Assembly: GCF_032116555.1 (NCBI RefSeq)
Contig: NZ_CP134949.1
Location: 2,542,001-2,606,000 of the forward strand
DNA length: 64,000 nt
DNA from: Halorarum halobium
GTDB taxonomy: Archaea > Halobacteriota > Halobacteria > Halobacteriales > Haloferacaceae
Direction: 5' to 3'
The translations under genes and the position numbers were made by a program. Below are positions 60,876 through 64,000 of the stretch, piece after piece. Numbering within the stretch: position 1 is the first letter of the stretch; each line of letters opens with the position of its first letter. The notes beneath the pieces were generated by a model that saw only the letters and a program-made list of their open reading frames with translations, had not been told where the DNA came from and did not search any database.

Positions 60876-60969
60876 CGCGACCGGGTCGCCCGCGACGGGC
60901 GACCGACCGTTCTCCCGGCCGCCGTTCCGCCCGGAGCCGCGGCACCGTTTTCCGGGATCAGCTCCCGCC

Positions 60970-61593
60970 TCACTCGTCCGGGTACTTGGGCTCGCGCCGC
61001 TCCGCGCGCGAGAGCGCCCGCTCGATGACGTCCCTGACCGACTCCTCGTCGGTCGCGTGGAACGGGTCGCCGTGGCCCGCGTACATCGACGTGACCGACT
61101 CGGGCAGGCGGTCGAGCAGGTCCCGGAGGCTCTCCACGAGCCGTTCGCGTGACTGGCCGGCCATGTCCGTCCGGCCGAACGAGCCGTCGTCGAACGCGCC
61201 GTCGTTGTAGACGACGACGTCGCCCGAGAACAGCGCCGTCTCGCCGACGAGCGAGACGTGATCGCCCGCGTGGCCCGGCGTGTAGACGACCTCGAACGTC
61301 TCCTCGCCCAGTTCGATCTCGTCGCCGTCGGCCAGCGCGCGGTCCCGGCGGGGATGGTCGGCGTAGGCGGACAGCTCCGGGTCGAACGCGTCCAGCACGG
61401 CGTCGAGTTCCCCCACGTGGTCGTGGTGCTGGTGGGTGAGCACGACGCGGTCGAGGTCGCTCGTGTACCTGGTCACCACGTCCTCGACGCCGGGCATCGT
61501 CCCGGCGTCCACGAGCGCCGGCACGTCGCCGTCGAGCAGGTAGGCGTTGCAGGTGAACTCCTCGGCGTCGGCGGTCACGTTCACGACGTCCAT
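60970..61593 (-). CDS. MBL-fold metallo-hydrolase
   Basis: THQHHDHVG, TPGH, SGD, GHG. Confidence 0.93.
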   Translation of the reverse strand: MDVVNVTADAEEFTCNAYLLDGDVPALVDAGTMPGVEDVVTRYTSDLDRVVLTHQHHDHVGELDAVLDAFDPELSAYADHPRRDRALADGDEIELGEETFEVVYTPGHAGDHVSLVGETALFSGDVVVYNDGAFDDGSFGRTDMAGQSRERLVESLRDLLDRLPESVTSMYAGHGDPFHATDEESVRDVIERALSRAERREPKYPDE

Positions 61594-61766
61594 GCCCGGC
61601 CACAGGGGCCCGCGGGTGAAAAACGCCCCCCGCGTGGCGGGGGTTGCCGCTATCAGGGAGCGGGGCTCGCCGGGCCAGGGCCGAACCCACGTGTCGGGGA
61701 GCGGCAACGACGCGGTCGGAAATCGCCCCCGGGATTTTTCCCTCACAACCGTTTAGTTCACACCGT

Positions 61767-61943
61767 ATGGGCTTCGGTAGCTACGACGAATCCGAACAGG
61801 AGAACCAGGACGTCGACGCCGACCTCGACGAGGAGACGGTCTCGACGGGGGAGGCGGACCACGAGGGCAGCGTCGAGTTCGAGATCGGCGCCTCGAACGA
61901 CGAACTCCTCGACACCCTTTCGGACATCAAGGACGACGACTGA
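61767..61943 (+). CDS. Small acidic protein (DUF5786-like)
   Basis: MGFGSYDESEQE...SNDELL..L.DIK. Confidence 0.8.
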   Translation: MGFGSYDESEQENQDVDADLDEETVSTGEADHEGSVEFEIGASNDELLDTLSDIKDDD

Positions 61944-61944
61944 C

Positions 61945-62532
61945 GTGAAAGCCGGTGCGCGCGCGCTCGGGCTGGCGGTCTCGACGCCGCCGGACGCGGA
62001 GCCGACCGCAGCCACCGTCGCCGGAGCGCTGGTTCGGGCCGACCGCGCGCTCGACGGACTCGTCTTCTCCACCTGTACCGTCGGGAGCACCGACTACACC
62101 GACGCCGTGCTCGACTGCGTCGCGTCGCTCGACCGCGAGGACGTCCGGTACGTGCTCGCGGCCGGCATCGCCCCCGCGTGGTTCAACGTGCTCGACCTCC
62201 GCCGGGTCCACGAGGCCGTCGACCGGCCGGTCCTCTCGGTCTCGTTCGAGGCGAGTCCCGGGCTCGAGTCGGCGCTGCGCGAGCAGTTCGCGGGCGACGC
62301 GCTCGCCCGGCGACTCGAGACGTACCGGCGCCAGCCCGAGCGCGTTCGGGTCGACGGGCTGGACGCCTGGGTCCGCGCCGTGGGAACCGACGCCGACGAG
62401 GCGGCCGCGGTCGTCCGCGCGCTGACCCCCCAGAGCGAGCGCCGGCCGGAACCGCTCCGCGTCGCGCGCATCGCGGCACGGGCCGGCCGGTCGCTCCACG
62501 CACCCGCGGGGAGTGACGACCGTGGAACCTAA
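61945..62532 (+). CDS. DUF99 / endonuclease dU family protein
   Basis: GIAPAWFNVLD, RPVLSV, PEPLRVAR. Confidence 0.85.
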   Translation: MKAGARALGLAVSTPPDAEPTAATVAGALVRADRALDGLVFSTCTVGSTDYTDAVLDCVASLDREDVRYVLAAGIAPAWFNVLDLRRVHEAVDRPVLSVSFEASPGLESALREQFAGDALARRLETYRRQPERVRVDGLDAWVRAVGTDADEAAAVVRALTPQSERRPEPLRVARIAARAGRSLHAPAGSDDRGT

Positions 62533-62556
62533 TTCCCTGCCCGCCCGTCCTCACCC

Positions 62557-63153
62557 ATGGACCTCGACGACGACCTCCGCGTGACCGGGTGCGAGCGCTG
62601 TCCCGCGCTCGTCGACTCGCGCTCGCGGATCGTCAACGGCGTCGGCCCGACGGACGCGGACCTCGTGTTCGTCGGCGAGGCACCGGGGGCGAACGAGGAC
62701 GAGCAGGGCGAACCGTTCGTCGGGCGCTCGGGCACGGTGCTCGACGACGCGCTCCGGGACGCCGGTCTCGCGCGCGCCGACGTCCGAATCACGAACTGCG
62801 TCCGCTGTCGTCCCCCCGAGAACCGCGACCCGCACCGGGAGGAACTCGACAACTGCCGGGGCTATCTCGCCGAGGAACTCGACCGACTCGACCCCGAACT
62901 CGTCGTCACGCTCGGCAAGGTGCCCTCCGAGCACCTGCTGGACCGCTCGGTGGCCGTGACCTCCGAGGCGGGCGAGGTGTTCGACGCCCGCGTGGGAGAG
63001 ACGGCGATCCGGCTGCTGGTGTCGGTCCACCCGGCGGCGACGCTGTACGACCGGAGCCAAGAGGAGACGTTCGAGGAGACGATTCTGCAGGCCGCGGAGC
63101 TGGCCGGCGTCGGGGAGGGCGGGGGCGGACAGTCGCGGCTGGGCGAGTACTGA
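62557..63153 (+). CDS. udg: Uracil-DNA glycosylase, family 4 (Fe-S)
   Basis: CERC, GEAPG, PFVGRSG, TNCVRCRPPENR, HPAA. Confidence 0.94.
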   Translation: MDLDDDLRVTGCERCPALVDSRSRIVNGVGPTDADLVFVGEAPGANEDEQGEPFVGRSGTVLDDALRDAGLARADVRITNCVRCRPPENRDPHREELDNCRGYLAEELDRLDPELVVTLGKVPSEHLLDRSVAVTSEAGEVFDARVGETAIRLLVSVHPAATLYDRSQEETFEETILQAAELAGVGEGGGGQSRLGEY

Positions 63154-63456
63154 GGCGTCTCGTCGGGGGAGGCCGTCGCGGACCTCAAGCGGGAGCGCGG
63201 CGACGTGATCCTCGTGCAGGGGAGCCACGAGCTGATCCAGACGCTGCTCGCAGGGGACCTCGTCGACGAGTTCTGGCTCTGGATTTTCCCCCTGGTCCTG
63301 GGGGACGGAAAGCGACTGTTCGGGGACGGGACGATCCCCGCGGCGCTGGAACTGACGAGCGCGGAGACGTCGAGCACGGGAGTCCAGCTGCTCTGGTTCG
63401 AGCGGGCTGGCGAGATTGAGTTCGGCTCGTTCGCGCCGGACGACGTGGCGGAGTGA
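63154..63456 (+). pseudogene. 5'-truncated dihydrofolate reductase/RibD C-terminal family remnant
   Basis: AVADLKRERGDVILVQGSHELIQTLL...LVDE...PLVLGDGKRLF is only the C-terminal half; in frame directly after udg TGA. Confidence 0.7.
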
Positions 63457-63539
63457 GTGGTGGGACGGGCGTGGATTCGTCTAGCGAGCGATTCAGCGTC
63501 TCGCTACGTACAGGTGAAGGACCAACCGTCCAGTCCAAC

Positions 63540-63686
63540 TCACAGGATGAACAGAACTACGAAGACAGCTATCACCACGAGAAGGAAAAGAAGAAACCAG
63601 CGACTCCCGCTTTCATCATCCTTCTGTAGCTGTTCACTTCGGTGTTTGGAGTGAGAGTGCTGTTCATACCCTGTGTCGTCGTTCAT
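63540..63686 (-). CDS. Small tail-anchored membrane protein (48 aa), lower GC
   Basis: MNDDTGYEQHSHSKHRSEQLQKDDESGSRWFLLFLLVVIAVFVVLFIL; TTTAT on minus strand ~30 nt upstream. Confidence 0.55.
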   Translation of the reverse strand: MNDDTGYEQHSHSKHRSEQLQKDDESGSRWFLLFLLVVIAVFVVLFIL

Positions 63687-63916
63687 CCTTGTATTATCTT
63701 ATGGATCTGGCGGGATAAAGATAACTTCGCAGGCCGATTCATCGGACGACTCTCCCGAGCCGACCGTAAAATCAACGCCGTGTGACTAGTTCTCCGACGT
63801 TCTCCCACGGAGTGGTCGGGGGTGCGCCGGTGCCGAGTACGGAGTGACGCTGCGAACGTTCCGCGAACCGGTGGCTACTACGGTGTAATCCCTGAAAACG
63901 CCGAAGCGGAACCGCG

Positions 63917-64000
63917 TTACTTCCCGCCGCGGTCGCCGCGCGAGACGGACGGCCGTGTCTTCTCCGCGCCCTTGCCGCGGTTGTTCAGCCCGCGGTTCTT
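63917..64000 (-). CDS. rpl15e: 50S ribosomal protein L15e, 3' end only
   Basis: ...KNRGLNNRGKGAEKTRPSVSRGDRGGK*; matches recalled archaeal L15e C-terminus. Confidence 0.8.
   Translation of the reverse strand, partial: KNRGLNNRGKGAEKTRPSVSRGDRGGK

Noticed and set aside
1..64000. IS transposases, integrases, tRNA/rRNA genes, provirus
   Set aside because: None recognised; composition is uniform apart from promoter islands and ~63480-63740

Overview
High-GC haloarchaeal (Halobacteria) chromosomal window; proteins are acidic (D/E-rich) and AT-rich TATA-like boxes sit close to several start codons. It is mostly core genes: bacterial-type GAPDH, glycine cleavage system (gcvT/H/PA/PB), isocitrate lyase, npdG, M32/M20 peptidases, PIN-ATPase, thermosome, uvrA, bacterial-type leuS, pheA-hisH-hisE-pdxT-Sec61beta, trxA, rpl40e, a DUF99/UDG pair and the 3' end of rpl15e. 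I saw no tRNA, rRNA, CRISPR array, transposase or integrase. The most interesting structure lies below the ORF-track cutoff or between genes: (i) a start/stop-overlapped minus-strand chain of CPxCG micro-protein, motif-degenerate NAD-synthetase paralog, 45-aa ORF and winged-HTH protein; (ii) two ATGA-coupled leader micro-ORFs in front of aceA, which has no neighbouring malate synthase; (iii) a dispersed family of palindromic REP/MITE-like intergenic elements; (iv) tandem Tat + PGF-CTERM LVIVD proteins with a separate NifU gene; (v) several zinc-finger/micro-proteins, short degenerate tandem repeats and a 5'-truncated DHFR-like remnant in frame behind udg. Product calls come from motif recognition only; no database search was run, and DUF names are from memory.
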